Source of the DNA: a virus | Virus record (IMG/VR): IMGVR_UViG_3300012936_000008 | Coordinates: 8,574 to 72,573 of that record | DNA: 64,000 nucleotides | Strand: one strand, 5' to 3' | Part shown: positions 1-9,916 of the stretch, one piece after another | How the letters are laid out: each line of letters starts with the position of its first letter | Position numbering within the stretch: the stretch's first letter is position 1 | Position numbers and translations under genes: made by a program | The notes under the pieces: generated by a model | What the model was told of the DNA's origin: nothing | Databases searched by the model: none | Seen by the model: the letters and a program-made list of their open reading frames with translations, nothing else

Positions 1-3000
1 GTAGTCCATTCCAAGGCAGCAGTACCGCCAACGCCTCTACCAGAAGGAGCAACAGTGATCGTCTGACCATCATCACTGATGTCAGAGTATGCAATGATTT
101 CGTTAGGAACGAAGTCACTGATGTCAGTCCATGCTTCCGTACCACCATCTGTGCCAGGTAGAGCACCAACAGGTGCAGGCATTGCAAACACATCACTAGT
201 AATTCTCACATAACCAGGGTTAGTAGTAGAGATAGGTCTACCATTAACGATCTTGTGGAAAGAACCAGCGTTGCTCACACCAATCTGTGTAGCGGTACTA
301 GACAGAGTTTGTGTGGATGTTGTAGGTGGCATCTCAGAAATAACACCCGTAATCTTAACGTTGTTAGATCTGTTGTGCATACCGTGGTTAGGATGAATCA
401 TCACAACCTTCTTATCCACAGTACGTGTTGACGGTGTGATAGCAGGATATGCAGTGTAAGAGTCACCGCTGTATGCAACAGCAGAGTAACCAGATACCTG
501 AATACTACCACCAGCGATGTTCAACTGTTCAGTAGAACCGTCAAACGCTTTGTCAACATAGTTGGCAACAATAGTACCATATGTACCAAGAGCAGGATCA
601 TATGATGTGATAGTACCAGTTGCACCAGAGGTTGCACCAACGAAGGTGTCACCAGCAGCAGGAGTACCATTACTAGGAGTTGCTGACAGAGTGAAAGTAG
701 CAAGAGATTGAGATGACTTCAATGCTTGGAACGGGTTGCCGTTACCATCAAGGAAACCTTGCTCAAAGGTGCCAACAATACCCTTAACTGTCAGAGTCTG
801 TGGGTTGGATGCAGAATCGAACTCTTCAATAGTTGCCTCAGCGTTAGAGGGAGACTGAATGATACGAGCACCGATAGTGAAGTTGTAACTATTGCCAGTA
901 GGCAGAGTCAGTGTCTGCTTAGGTTCAATAGTCAGGACGGGATTGACAGTCAGTGAACTGATACCATCATTACCAGATCCAAGTTCAGCGTTGACAAAGG
1001 TAGCATTACCGATGACACTCTTATTAAATACAGCACGATAGAGATTGAACTTCAAGTCTTCATACTGGTCAGCGGTCCACGTAGATGCGTTCTGTGATTT
1101 GAAGAGCACACCAGCATAGGGTTGTTCGGAGATCGTTCTTGTACCAGTGATGTCAATGTCACCCATACGTGAGATCCAGACTTTGTATTCGTTAGAGTCA
1201 GAGAACAGCACGAAGCAATGTTCTTCGGACTCAGGGATATACACAGGTGCAGGGAAGTTAAATCTAGTAGCAATAGATGCGTTGTCAGAAACTTCAACCT
1301 CAGTAGGTCTCAGAGTAACGTCAGAGAAGGGCAGGATGTCCTTAGTCGGATAACCATTTTCCATAGGACGGATCTGCATCGAGATAGGAATCTTAGTATC
1401 CTTTGTACCGAAGTAGATGTCCACACCAGTTACGAATGTACCACCCTGTTCTTCAAGCAGGAAGGATTGTGCCAGAGGGTCCCACCAACCAACCTGTCTG
1501 GTGTTGGTACGAACAGAACGAACCGTTCTTCTCTGAGTAACAGTATCTCTAACAACTCTTGCATTTCTAACAGCAAGGATGTTTTCTTGCAGGGTATTCA
1601 GTGTACCTCTTGCTGTGTATTCTGCCTCAGCAGCAGAGTCAACAGCACCTGGCAGTCTGCTATCTTGCTCAGAAGAAGACAGACGGAACACTCTGGAACC
1701 AGTTGCCCAACGTGGGTTGGAGTTGTTAGCAGGGTTCGGAATGAAGAAGGCACCCTTGATGATACCAACCAGGTCAGATACCAGACGACGGTCCTTAGCA
1801 ACAGCACGAGCACCAGAGGTTGCACCAATCAGAACCTCACCCACAGCAAAGTTGCCATAGAAGTTAGGGTTGACGGTAGCAGAAAGAACCTGGGTATCGA
1901 TGTTCAGTACACCAGTCTGTGATGCATAGGAGTCAGGCAGAAGGTCATTGGTTGCACTGTAAGGGTTGGTTGTCAAACCATCGTTAGGTGCAGCAACTCT
2001 GAATCTACAACCAGATTGCACACCATATACAGTCTCACCAATAACGAAAGGAGTCTCGTTAGTGTTGCTATCCTCAGAAGAGTTCTTAACGATCTCAATC
2101 AGTTTAGGAATGATATAGTTTTGGATGTTATCGTTATCGAAGAATGCATACATTCTCGTCTTAGGCTTCACACGCTCAACGTCGAAACCAACGTTACGAG
2201 AGCGGATCCATGGGATGAATGTACTATCGATGACACTATCACCCAAGGAGCGACGGTCAATTCTAGGAACAACTCTGAGTCGAGTACCAGATCTTACCTG
2301 ACGACGTGTAGTGGTAGTAGACTGAGATGCAAGAATACGTCTAGGTACACCACGGGAGAATGAAGTCTCTCTCCAAGTTCTACCGTTAGATCTTCTAGTA
2401 CCAGTCCAGGTAGTTCTCCATGCTCTCCACTGAACAGGGGCGAAACCTCTGTTGTTAGTGCCGAGTCTTTCACGAGTTGCACGGAAGTTACCTTCAATAG
2501 TAGTAACACGAGCAGGAACACGACGTGTGTCAGTCCAGTCATCCGATGCAGGCAGAAGGTCGATACGACCAATGAAGGTGAACACGTTGAATGGGTTCAC
2601 GTTCTCTAATCTAGAAGCATAGGGCTGCTTGATGATCGGATCCTCTTCATAAGGAAGAGTCAGAACATTACCACCGATCTTACCACCCAGTGCAGGGTTC
2701 TCTCTCCACCAGACCAGGTTGCTAGACAGAGCAGTGCTGTATTGCAGAGCAACGTTAGTGGTGTAGTGAGAAGGACGGAGGACACCCTCGGTGAAGTCCA
2801 TCGAACACTTGAAGTCCTGATTATCAACATCAGAGGAAGAGTGATCGGTGAAGTCATCTACCAGGAATCCATTCTTCAATCTGTCGAAACCGTCAGCATC
2901 AAATGCTTTGAGGTTTCTAGCATCAGATTCAAGCAGTGACAGAGAGGTGTAGTATTCCAGAGACTGCAATCTACGGTCCATGTTACCGATGTCTTCCATC

Positions 3001-6000
3001 GTGTAACGACGCTGCTGGTGCAGTGTAATCAGAATGTCATCTTCAACATCATACACATATGGTTCATACTGGATCTTCGCCAGCAACATAGCGTTGTCGA
3101 TGTTGTCTGCTTCTGGGGGATCCTCAGCAGGGACACCCTTAGAAAGTTTGAGGTCACCATCATGTGCCATGAACAGTTTGTCCTGTCTAGGCAGATAGTA
3201 TTCATAGTCAAGACGGATCTGTTCTTCTACCTTAGGAATGTTGAAGATGGTAGAACCACCTGCACCACCAGCAGAAGTAAAGACTCTTGAATCGAAGTCG
3301 AGGGACTTACAGTTAGTGAAGAAGGGTTGTTCAACAGTACCAGAACCAGATGCAAGTTCACCAACAGCAGGACGGAAGTCCAGAGTGTCGGTCAAGAACT
3401 GAGTGTTACGAGGTCCACGATCTCTGGGAATCTCAGAGAAAGTAATACCAGTGTAAGACTGGTTAGTGAAGTAATCACCAGATGCTTCATGGATGAAGTA
3501 GTCAAACACAACTGCCAACTTACGCTTGGGTTCAGAGGTGCCTGCTTTTCTTACCAGTTTAGATACACTGTAATAGTAAGAGGTAGTGTTCTTATCAAGA
3601 TAGAAGTCCTGAGTAATGTTCTTAGAACCTTTCTCGATTGCATTCTCACCGTCATCTACAACACCGACCAAAGTATTCAGATCGTCATCGAAACCATCGA
3701 TGGTTTCACCAGTGTTAAAGAACTCGGTGGATACAGGAACAACGTACAGTCTATTGTTGGCAGCGTTGAAAGATACAACACGCGCTCTGGCATTGGAAGT
3801 TCTACCAATGACAACAGAACCAGGATCAAAGTATACGTTCTCTGTCAGAGTAATGAAGGGGACCTTGGCGTCCAGGTCATCCTCAGACTCATATACAGCG
3901 TGTAGACCATACACATCATTCAGAGCGAATGAGATCTCTTCGTCTTCGATACGAGTACCATACAGGTTACCGTATGCCAGACCATAATTGATAACGTCGT
4001 TCTGATTTCTGGTGCGAATGACCTTCATGGTCCTCATCTTCGCAGCAGTCTTAATCTTCTTAGATACTGTGTTCACAGACACAGCAGCAGTCAGTGTTAC
4101 CTGAGAGATGTTGTTGACTGAACCACCAGAACCGTCATTCAGACCAGTAACCTGCAAGGACTGTCTGTTAGCACCGAAGGATACACCGATAGTCGGGTTC
4201 TGCTTTTCAGATTCCTCTTCGATGTCAAGATTAGTTCCAACTGCCCAACCATATCCTGTATTGTCGTTAGCACCGACAGTAATAGTTAGGTTGTAGTTCT
4301 CACCATCAAGGGTAGTGAACTGCTCGTTCTCAGGCAGCGTGAAGGTCACGTCACCAGATGACAGAGGCTTGTTAGCAAACGTCTTGATAGTAACAAACGA
4401 TTCGTCAGCAACCGACTTGATAGCACGCTTCGGCATATCGATAGCGAGTTCGCCATCTCTATTGATCTTCTCAGTGAAGTAAGGACGGAGACGTGTTACC
4501 TGAGTAGCAGGATATTCAGCGTCAGTAATACTACCCTTAGTCAGAGAGGTATCAAGTTTTGCTTCTTGTGATCCGAAGTCAAATACAGGGGTCAGACCAC
4601 TGTTCTTTCTATTGTTAGTAGTGAATGCAACGTTAGAAGGATCAATACGCTTGATACGCAGTGAAGTGCTACCTTTCTTGTCAGTATTAGTAGGAGAAAT
4701 AACATCACCAGGTCTGAGATCAGCAGAGAACTCAGTATCGAAACCAGTAATGTCCTGACCACTTGCCTGATCAACAGTAATAGTCTTACCAATCATGGTA
4801 AGTGATTCTGTCAGAGCAAGAGATGCTGTAAAGATAGGAGTAGCATTGTTGCTAGATTCATAACCAACTAACTGACGAACGTCAGATCTTTCAAATGCAT
4901 AGAATGCATTCAGTACATCAATAACTCTTCCGTCACGCTCAATGACTTCACCTTGCTGGAACTGACCAGATACCTGGTGTACCATTGCATAGTCAGCAGC
5001 GGCAGAGTGGACATATCCTCTTGCACCAGAAGAACGACCCACCAACATTTCACCGTCGATGATGCTCTGAGAAGATGCAAAGTTCAACACAGTGAACATT
5101 TGGATGTCAAAGAGGAAGCAATTATACTTATTACCATCCTTTTCGAGTTGCAGAACTCTTGCCTTACCAATCAAGTTACCCTTGATGGTGTTAGAAGGAC
5201 CAGTACCTAACCAGTCATCTCTAAGGTCAACAGTCTGATAGCACTCAGTTACGTTCTCACCAGAGATACGAGGCCATCCCCAAACGTCATATACCTCTAC
5301 GGATTGTGACAGGTCAACAGGTACAATCTGGTTCTGACGACCAACAAAGGTACGAGGTTTAGGAGTATCAACATAGGTAGGTGCCAGAATCTGTGTTCTG
5401 TAACCTTTTACATATGCTTTACCAGGACCAATTTCCAGGGCAGCATACATCTCACTAGCAACTTGTCCATCAGGAGAAGTTTGACCAGGAGTATATACAC
5501 CATTGTTGAAGTTATCGTTCAGGTGCTCTCTGGCACGTACGTCGAACGTATCGACAACATAGTCACCATGCGTTTCATACGTTCTACGAGCAATCGACTT
5601 TTCGATCTCGTTATATTCCGTACGGTCAACAAAGTTCTCAACCGACGAGTTCCTGATGCGAAGCAGTTCGATGAAGTTTTTGTCGGTCTCATCGTTGATT
5701 GGCTTTTTAACAAGTTGAGTCTTGATTCTGAATCTGTGAGCACCAGGTGCAGAGTAGTTGGACGCACCAATGGCATTGTCTGTAAGTGACGGGTCATCCT
5801 CTGGTGTAATAATAGATTCGCTAACTTCAAATCCGACTCGGTAGGATGGGTTGTTTGTGTACTGGTCAAGGATGATGTATTCAGAAGGAATATCAACGAA
5901 GTGTCCACGGATAAAGTAAACACCTTCACTGATGTATGCAGTAGAACCGACTTGTGCGGCGTCCACTGGAAGCATCTGAGCAAACGGAGAACCAGTCTCA

Positions 6001-6494
6001 ATCAGGGTGTTACCGAACGTAATCTCTTGTTCAGCAACCAACTGTTCGTTGTTTTGGAATCTCTTAGTGGTTGTATCAGAAGTAGTATCCCCAGATTCTA
6101 CATACTTGATATAGAAAGTGATGTAACCACGATCACTTTGAGTAGCAGGAATGGTATAAAGAACCTTTGCCTTAATACCTGTGGTCAGACCTTCAATGAT
6201 CTTACCTTCAAGTTGAGTCCTATATGTTTCAACGTCTACACCCAGGAATGCCTGCTGGATTAAAATACAGTCAACGTTCAGGTCATAACCCACCTGTCCA
6301 GGGATAACCATCGCACCCTCTTTGAAGAGGTGCTGTCCCATTGCTTCGATCTGATTCTGCAAGATCGATTGCATCGTCGTAAGTTCCCTTGCTTGGATTG
6401 GGAATCCAGGTCGGAAGAGAACTCTGTAAAAGTTTTTATCCTTATCGAAATCGTCGAAGTAAGGAGAAATGTTTAGGTTTGTATTCTGGGGCAT
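1..6494 (-). CDS. Large virion structural protein, VrlC/DUF4815-like (runs off the left edge, >2160 aa)
   Basis: Absent from the ORF track, consistent with no stop inside the window. ATG at 6494 reads MPQNTNLNISPYFDDFDKDKNFYRVLFRPGFPIQARELTTMQSILQNQ, the N-terminus typical of the cyanomyovirus gene after gp8. Downstream DPLAQSF, PYAGVLFKSQNASTWTADQYEDLKF motifs are also present. Confidence 0.88.
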   Translation of the reverse strand, partial: MPQNTNLNISPYFDDFDKDKNFYRVLFRPGFPIQARELTTMQSILQNQIEAMGQHLFKEGAMVIPGQVGYDLNVDCILIQQAFLGVDVETYRTQLEGKIIEGLTTGIKAKVLYTIPATQSDRGYITFYIKYVESGDTTSDTTTKRFQNNEQLVAEQEITFGNTLIETGSPFAQMLPVDAAQVGSTAYISEGVYFIRGHFVDIPSEYIILDQYTNNPSYRVGFEVSESIITPEDDPSLTDNAIGASNYSAPGAHRFRIKTQLVKKPINDETDKNFIELLRIRNSSVENFVDRTEYNEIEKSIARRTYETHGDYVVDTFDVRAREHLNDNFNNGVYTPGQTSPDGQVASEMYAALEIGPGKAYVKGYRTQILAPTYVDTPKPRTFVGRQNQIVPVDLSQSVEVYDVWGWPRISGENVTECYQTVDLRDDWLGTGPSNTIKGNLIGKARVLQLEKDGNKYNCFLFDIQMFTVLNFASSQSIIDGEMLVGRSSGARGYVHSAAADYAMVHQVSGQFQQGEVIERDGRVIDVLNAFYAFERSDVRQLVGYESSNNATPIFTASLALTESLTMIGKTITVDQASGQDITGFDTEFSADLRPGDVISPTNTDKKGSTSLRIKRIDPSNVAFTTNNRKNSGLTPVFDFGSQEAKLDTSLTKGSITDAEYPATQVTRLRPYFTEKINRDGELAIDMPKRAIKSVADESFVTIKTFANKPLSSGDVTFTLPENEQFTTLDGENYNLTITVGANDNTGYGWAVGTNLDIEEESEKQNPTIGVSFGANRQSLQVTGLNDGSGGSVNNISQVTLTAAVSVNTVSKKIKTAAKMRTMKVIRTRNQNDVINYGLAYGNLYGTRIEDEEISFALNDVYGLHAVYESEDDLDAKVPFITLTENVYFDPGSVVIGRTSNARARVVSFNAANNRLYVVPVSTEFFNTGETIDGFDDDLNTLVGVVDDGENAIEKGSKNITQDFYLDKNTTSYYYSVSKLVRKAGTSEPKRKLAVVFDYFIHEASGDYFTNQSYTGITFSEIPRDRGPRNTQFLTDTLDFRPAVGELASGSGTVEQPFFTNCKSLDFDSRVFTSAGGAGGSTIFNIPKVEEQIRLDYEYYLPRQDKLFMAHDGDLKLSKGVPAEDPPEADNIDNAMLLAKIQYEPYVYDVEDDILITLHQQRRYTMEDIGNMDRRLQSLEYYTSLSLLESDARNLKAFDADGFDRLKNGFLVDDFTDHSSSDVDNQDFKCSMDFTEGVLRPSHYTTNVALQYSTALSSNLVWWRENPALGGKIGGNVLTLPYEEDPIIKQPYASRLENVNPFNVFTFIGRIDLLPASDDWTDTRRVPARVTTIEGNFRATRERLGTNNRGFAPVQWRAWRTTWTGTRRSNGRTWRETSFSRGVPRRILASQSTTTTRRQVRSGTRLRVVPRIDRRSLGDSVIDSTFIPWIRSRNVGFDVERVKPKTRMYAFFDNDNIQNYIIPKLIEIVKNSSEDSNTNETPFVIGETVYGVQSGCRFRVAAPNDGLTTNPYSATNDLLPDSYASQTGVLNIDTQVLSATVNPNFYGNFAVGEVLIGATSGARAVAKDRRLVSDLVGIIKGAFFIPNPANNSNPRWATGSRVFRLSSSEQDSRLPGAVDSAAEAEYTARGTLNTLQENILAVRNARVVRDTVTQRRTVRSVRTNTRQVGWWDPLAQSFLLEEQGGTFVTGVDIYFGTKDTKIPISMQIRPMENGYPTKDILPFSDVTLRPTEVEVSDNASIATRFNFPAPVYIPESEEHCFVLFSDSNEYKVWISRMGDIDITGTRTISEQPYAGVLFKSQNASTWTADQYEDLKFNLYRAVFNKSVIGNATFVNAELGSGNDGISSLTVNPVLTIEPKQTLTLPTGNSYNFTIGARIIQSPSNAEATIEEFDSASNPQTLTVKGIVGTFEQGFLDGNGNPFQALKSSQSLATFTLSATPSNGTPAAGDTFVGATSGATGTITSYDPALGTYGTIVANYVDKAFDGSTEQLNIAGGSIQVSGYSAVAYSGDSYTAYPAITPSTRTVDKKVVMIHPNHGMHNRSNNVKITGVISEMPPTTSTQTLSSTATQIGVSNAGSFHKIVNGRPISTTNPGYVRITSDVFAMPAPVGALPGTDGGTEAWTDISDFVPNEIIAYSDISDDGQTITVAPSGRGVGGTAALEWT

Positions 6495-6498
6495 CTCG

Positions 6499-8034
6499 TT
6501 AGAACTCGATTACGATTTTGATATCTTCAATTTGGTCACCAGCACGAGAAATCGCGCCTCTATTATCTATATAGATGATCTCGCCAGAGTTCGGTTCGAT
6601 CTCTGACTTAGCATAACCATTGGTGAACGACATACCAAGATCGTACTCAGTGTTGTTAATAACACGAGTAGAAATACCCGACACAACAGGGAAGTTGATG
6701 TCTGGGTCTGCCGATGTACCTGAGGTAGAACCTGTGACTGGGTTACCACCTTCAAACTCTGTGAGGTTACCAGTAATCTCAGGGAACACACCATCGATTC
6801 TGTTCTGATAGTATTTCAGAACTTTGGTTACGTTATTCCAAGAGATAACTCGACCACGAGCAGTTACCTGCTGTCCACCCACCGTTCTTGACTGAGTAAT
6901 GATCTCGTCAGTCTGGAACTGTCCAGTAAAGGTAGGAGAGAAGATAACAGCTTTGGTAGCAGACAGAGTAACAGCAGATGTAAGTTCTGTCGTACCATAC
7001 TGATTGGGGTTGATAACCAGACCGATACGACGATAATCGTTGTCAGTCGGGAAGTCACCTGATCCTTCATCATAGGTGAACTTCGTGTTGATCATCACAC
7101 GGTAACCGCCCAGTTCCTTGGCGGGGGATGATCCATGACCAGTGTCGGGAGGAATGATAACGTCAATGGCAGCACCAGTACCTGTACCAGCACCAATACC
7201 GTTGACCTCATCGATAACAACCTTACCGAAAGTATATCCAGAACCACCAGAGGTCACTGTGGCATTTACAATTTTACCACCGTCAACCACCAGAGAAACA
7301 CGACCACCAACGCCATCGCCTTTGATGGGGACGTTCTCATAAGTACCGTTGTTGTAACCAGTACCCGATGCTTGGATAACAACACTGTCAATCTCACCAC
7401 CAACGGCATCACCTGTCACAGCAACGTCGCTGAGCACAGGCATGTAATCGTTGGAGAAGAATTTCAGAACCTGTCCAACAGGAATCGTATAGAGATACTT
7501 CCAACGGTAACCATCAGCAGTTGTGATAATTGAAGTGGAGGTGCCAGTAGGCTCAACAGTAGAAGGTTTACCGTTAGGATCAGAAGGACTTGTCCCGTTA
7601 TAGATGCACTTGTAGACTTGATACTGCGAGTTAACAACGTAGAAATCTGCGTCGTATAGTTTCGTAGCACCCGATGATGCCGTCTTTGTGGAAGAGTAAT
7701 CATGGCGATACATATCATAAACATAACCCAAACCACCAGTGGTTTGTTCTGGGGGAGTCCAGTCAATACGTCTGATAACTTGAATCGTGTCGCTAGCAAG
7801 CACACGCTTCAAAGAGATCATGTCAGAAAACGTATCACTAAACTCTTGGAACGAGTCCACAGGAGTTGGAGGAGCATTTTCATTGTCCCATTCTTGGGGA
7901 CGACCAATAAACACGTACAGTCGATCTCTCGATGCACCTGCTACGAGGTCAGACTGCGTGGGATCGGCACCCTCTAACGATTTAATAAATCGCTTCGCAG
8001 TAAAAATTCTAAATTGATCTGTTAGAAGTGCCAT
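6499..8034 (-). CDS. gp8: Baseplate wedge subunit, T4 gp8-like (511 aa)
   Basis: LYVFIGRPQEW, YDMYRHDYS, FYVVNSQYQVYKCIYNG, DGYRWKYLYTI and C-terminal IYIDNR...QIEDIKIVIEF; position in the baseplate module. Confidence 0.92.
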   Translation of the reverse strand: MALLTDQFRIFTAKRFIKSLEGADPTQSDLVAGASRDRLYVFIGRPQEWDNENAPPTPVDSFQEFSDTFSDMISLKRVLASDTIQVIRRIDWTPPEQTTGGLGYVYDMYRHDYSSTKTASSGATKLYDADFYVVNSQYQVYKCIYNGTSPSDPNGKPSTVEPTGTSTSIITTADGYRWKYLYTIPVGQVLKFFSNDYMPVLSDVAVTGDAVGGEIDSVVIQASGTGYNNGTYENVPIKGDGVGGRVSLVVDGGKIVNATVTSGGSGYTFGKVVIDEVNGIGAGTGTGAAIDVIIPPDTGHGSSPAKELGGYRVMINTKFTYDEGSGDFPTDNDYRRIGLVINPNQYGTTELTSAVTLSATKAVIFSPTFTGQFQTDEIITQSRTVGGQQVTARGRVISWNNVTKVLKYYQNRIDGVFPEITGNLTEFEGGNPVTGSTSGTSADPDINFPVVSGISTRVINNTEYDLGMSFTNGYAKSEIEPNSGEIIYIDNRGAISRAGDQIEDIKIVIEF

Positions 8035-8056
8035 CTTTAAGCAGTTACCTTCCTTT

Positions 8057-8064
8057 TATTTATG
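8057..8064 (-). promoter_or_regulatory. T4-type late promoter (CATAAATA) upstream of gp8
   Basis: Plus strand tatttatg at 8057-8064, 22 nt upstream of the gp8 ATG. Confidence 0.65.
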
Positions 8065-8068
8065 GGGT

Positions 8069-9916
8069 TTACTCAGGTTCAGTTCTGACGAGGTTAGTGA
8101 ACTCTTGTCTATTGAACGTAGAGGTAGCACCAGATGTTTGACCAGCCAAGTTATCTGACGTGGTGAACATGTAGGTATTACCATTATTCACGATGTTAGA
8201 GAGATATAACAAACGGTATCCAAAGTCGTCGGCAGTCTGATCAAACGAAACGACCGTTGCTGAAACTCCTGTCGTGCTACCAGTAACAGTTTCGCCAACC
8301 TGATATGGAGTGTCATTCCAGGTCTGAACTTTTATAGTAGTTGTAGAAGTATGATCAACACCATCACCCAGAGCACCAGCAGTATTAATCGTGGCAGTCA
8401 GAGGTACGAGGTTAGAGTCATAAATTTGATCACCTGTTTGGAACAGCGTGGTGTTCTGTCCACCAACAGTTTCTTCAATACCATACAGTGAGGATGAAAT
8501 ACCACCATCAAGGTTGATCTCGTTCTCAAAGTCTGTATCAGTATTTACCAGGTCAATGATACCGTCACCAGCACCATCAACTTCATCGTCATCTTCAAAT
8601 ACAAATCCTTCCAAGGTGCTAATAGGATCTGTGAATGTAATGATGCTGCCCTCATCATCCTCTAACAAGGTATGTGGACTTACACCAGTTCCTGATGATG
8701 CAGCAGAACCTGCAATGAACTGAATCACAGCAGTCTTCTCGTTAGATCTACCACCGTCAATGAATGCCAGTTCGTCAACTTGGAACGTCAGGAACAGTTC
8801 CTTAGTCTCAGGACGCCAGTCATAAACAATAGCAACCTTGTTACTCTTATCTTCTTCTACTCTTCTAACACGGTCAGCAACAGTGAAAGAGTATCCAGAG
8901 ATGCCAGTATTAGGATCAGTTGCAAGGTTATCCAGGATCACACGCTGGTCATAACGGAAATTGATACCTCTATCACATCCAGTGAAAGAGATCGGTGTCT
9001 TACCTGTATATCTAACAATCTCTCTACCAATCTGGAACTTACCAGAACCAGGGAAAGCGTTAGTAGTTTCTACATACAGAGTTGTGTCAGCAGGTTGAGC
9101 ATCTCTGATCAACGCTGTCATATTAAAGAACGAAGACACCAGAGAAGTTCTGTTTCTCTGTGTTCTAATCAGGTTGGTATCACGAGTGAAGATAACATTA
9201 GGAGGAGATGTATATCCACCACCAGGGTTCAACAGTGTGATGTTTGAGATACGACCCAAGTTGATCTCTGCCTTTGCCTCGGCACCAGATCCACCACCAC
9301 CAATAATTTGCAGAATAGGAGGAGTCTCAAAGAACTCACCCTCTGATGTAACTCTAATGTCTTCAACAACACCGAACTGATTAACTTCGGCAACACCACT
9401 AGCGCCACCTCCACCACCACCAGAGATAACAATAGTAATATCTTCTGCGGTATAGTTTCTGCCGTTGTTCTCAACAGACAGACCAGTCACACCACCAGTA
9501 ACAGGAACCAGTTCTGCACCAGATCCACCACCACCTCTGAGGTATGCCTCAGCAGTAAAATAACCATCACCAGGTTGATTAACCTGCAAGAAACTTACAG
9601 ATCCATCAGGATTCAAAAATATATTTGCATCTGCATCAGTAATACCATCATCATTACTAACAATATCCAGACGAAGAGGATCATAACCCTCACCAGGATC
9701 TACCACATCAACAGAAAGAATCTCACCGTTGTCTGCAATGTTTGCTCTAAGAACGGCGTCTCTGATAGGAGTACCACAGTTGCCAATAGACAACTTCGGT
9801 GGATCGTTAGGGTCATACCCACTACCACCATTAGTTACGATAACGTCCTTAACTCCGTAAACAGAGTTAAAGACGGGTTCGATAGATGCACCTGATCCTG
9901 GGACTGTTCTTGGCAT
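8069..9916 (-). CDS. Baseplate-associated virion structural protein (615 aa)
   Basis: Tandem GxGY..P...GGGGSGA beta repeats also found in gp7 and gp8; acidic; lies between the gp9-like gene and gp8. Confidence 0.75.
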   Translation of the reverse strand: MPRTVPGSGASIEPVFNSVYGVKDVIVTNGGSGYDPNDPPKLSIGNCGTPIRDAVLRANIADNGEILSVDVVDPGEGYDPLRLDIVSNDDGITDADANIFLNPDGSVSFLQVNQPGDGYFTAEAYLRGGGGSGAELVPVTGGVTGLSVENNGRNYTAEDITIVISGGGGGGASGVAEVNQFGVVEDIRVTSEGEFFETPPILQIIGGGGSGAEAKAEINLGRISNITLLNPGGGYTSPPNVIFTRDTNLIRTQRNRTSLVSSFFNMTALIRDAQPADTTLYVETTNAFPGSGKFQIGREIVRYTGKTPISFTGCDRGINFRYDQRVILDNLATDPNTGISGYSFTVADRVRRVEEDKSNKVAIVYDWRPETKELFLTFQVDELAFIDGGRSNEKTAVIQFIAGSAASSGTGVSPHTLLEDDEGSIITFTDPISTLEGFVFEDDDEVDGAGDGIIDLVNTDTDFENEINLDGGISSSLYGIEETVGGQNTTLFQTGDQIYDSNLVPLTATINTAGALGDGVDHTSTTTIKVQTWNDTPYQVGETVTGSTTGVSATVVSFDQTADDFGYRLLYLSNIVNNGNTYMFTTSDNLAGQTSGATSTFNRQEFTNLVRTEPE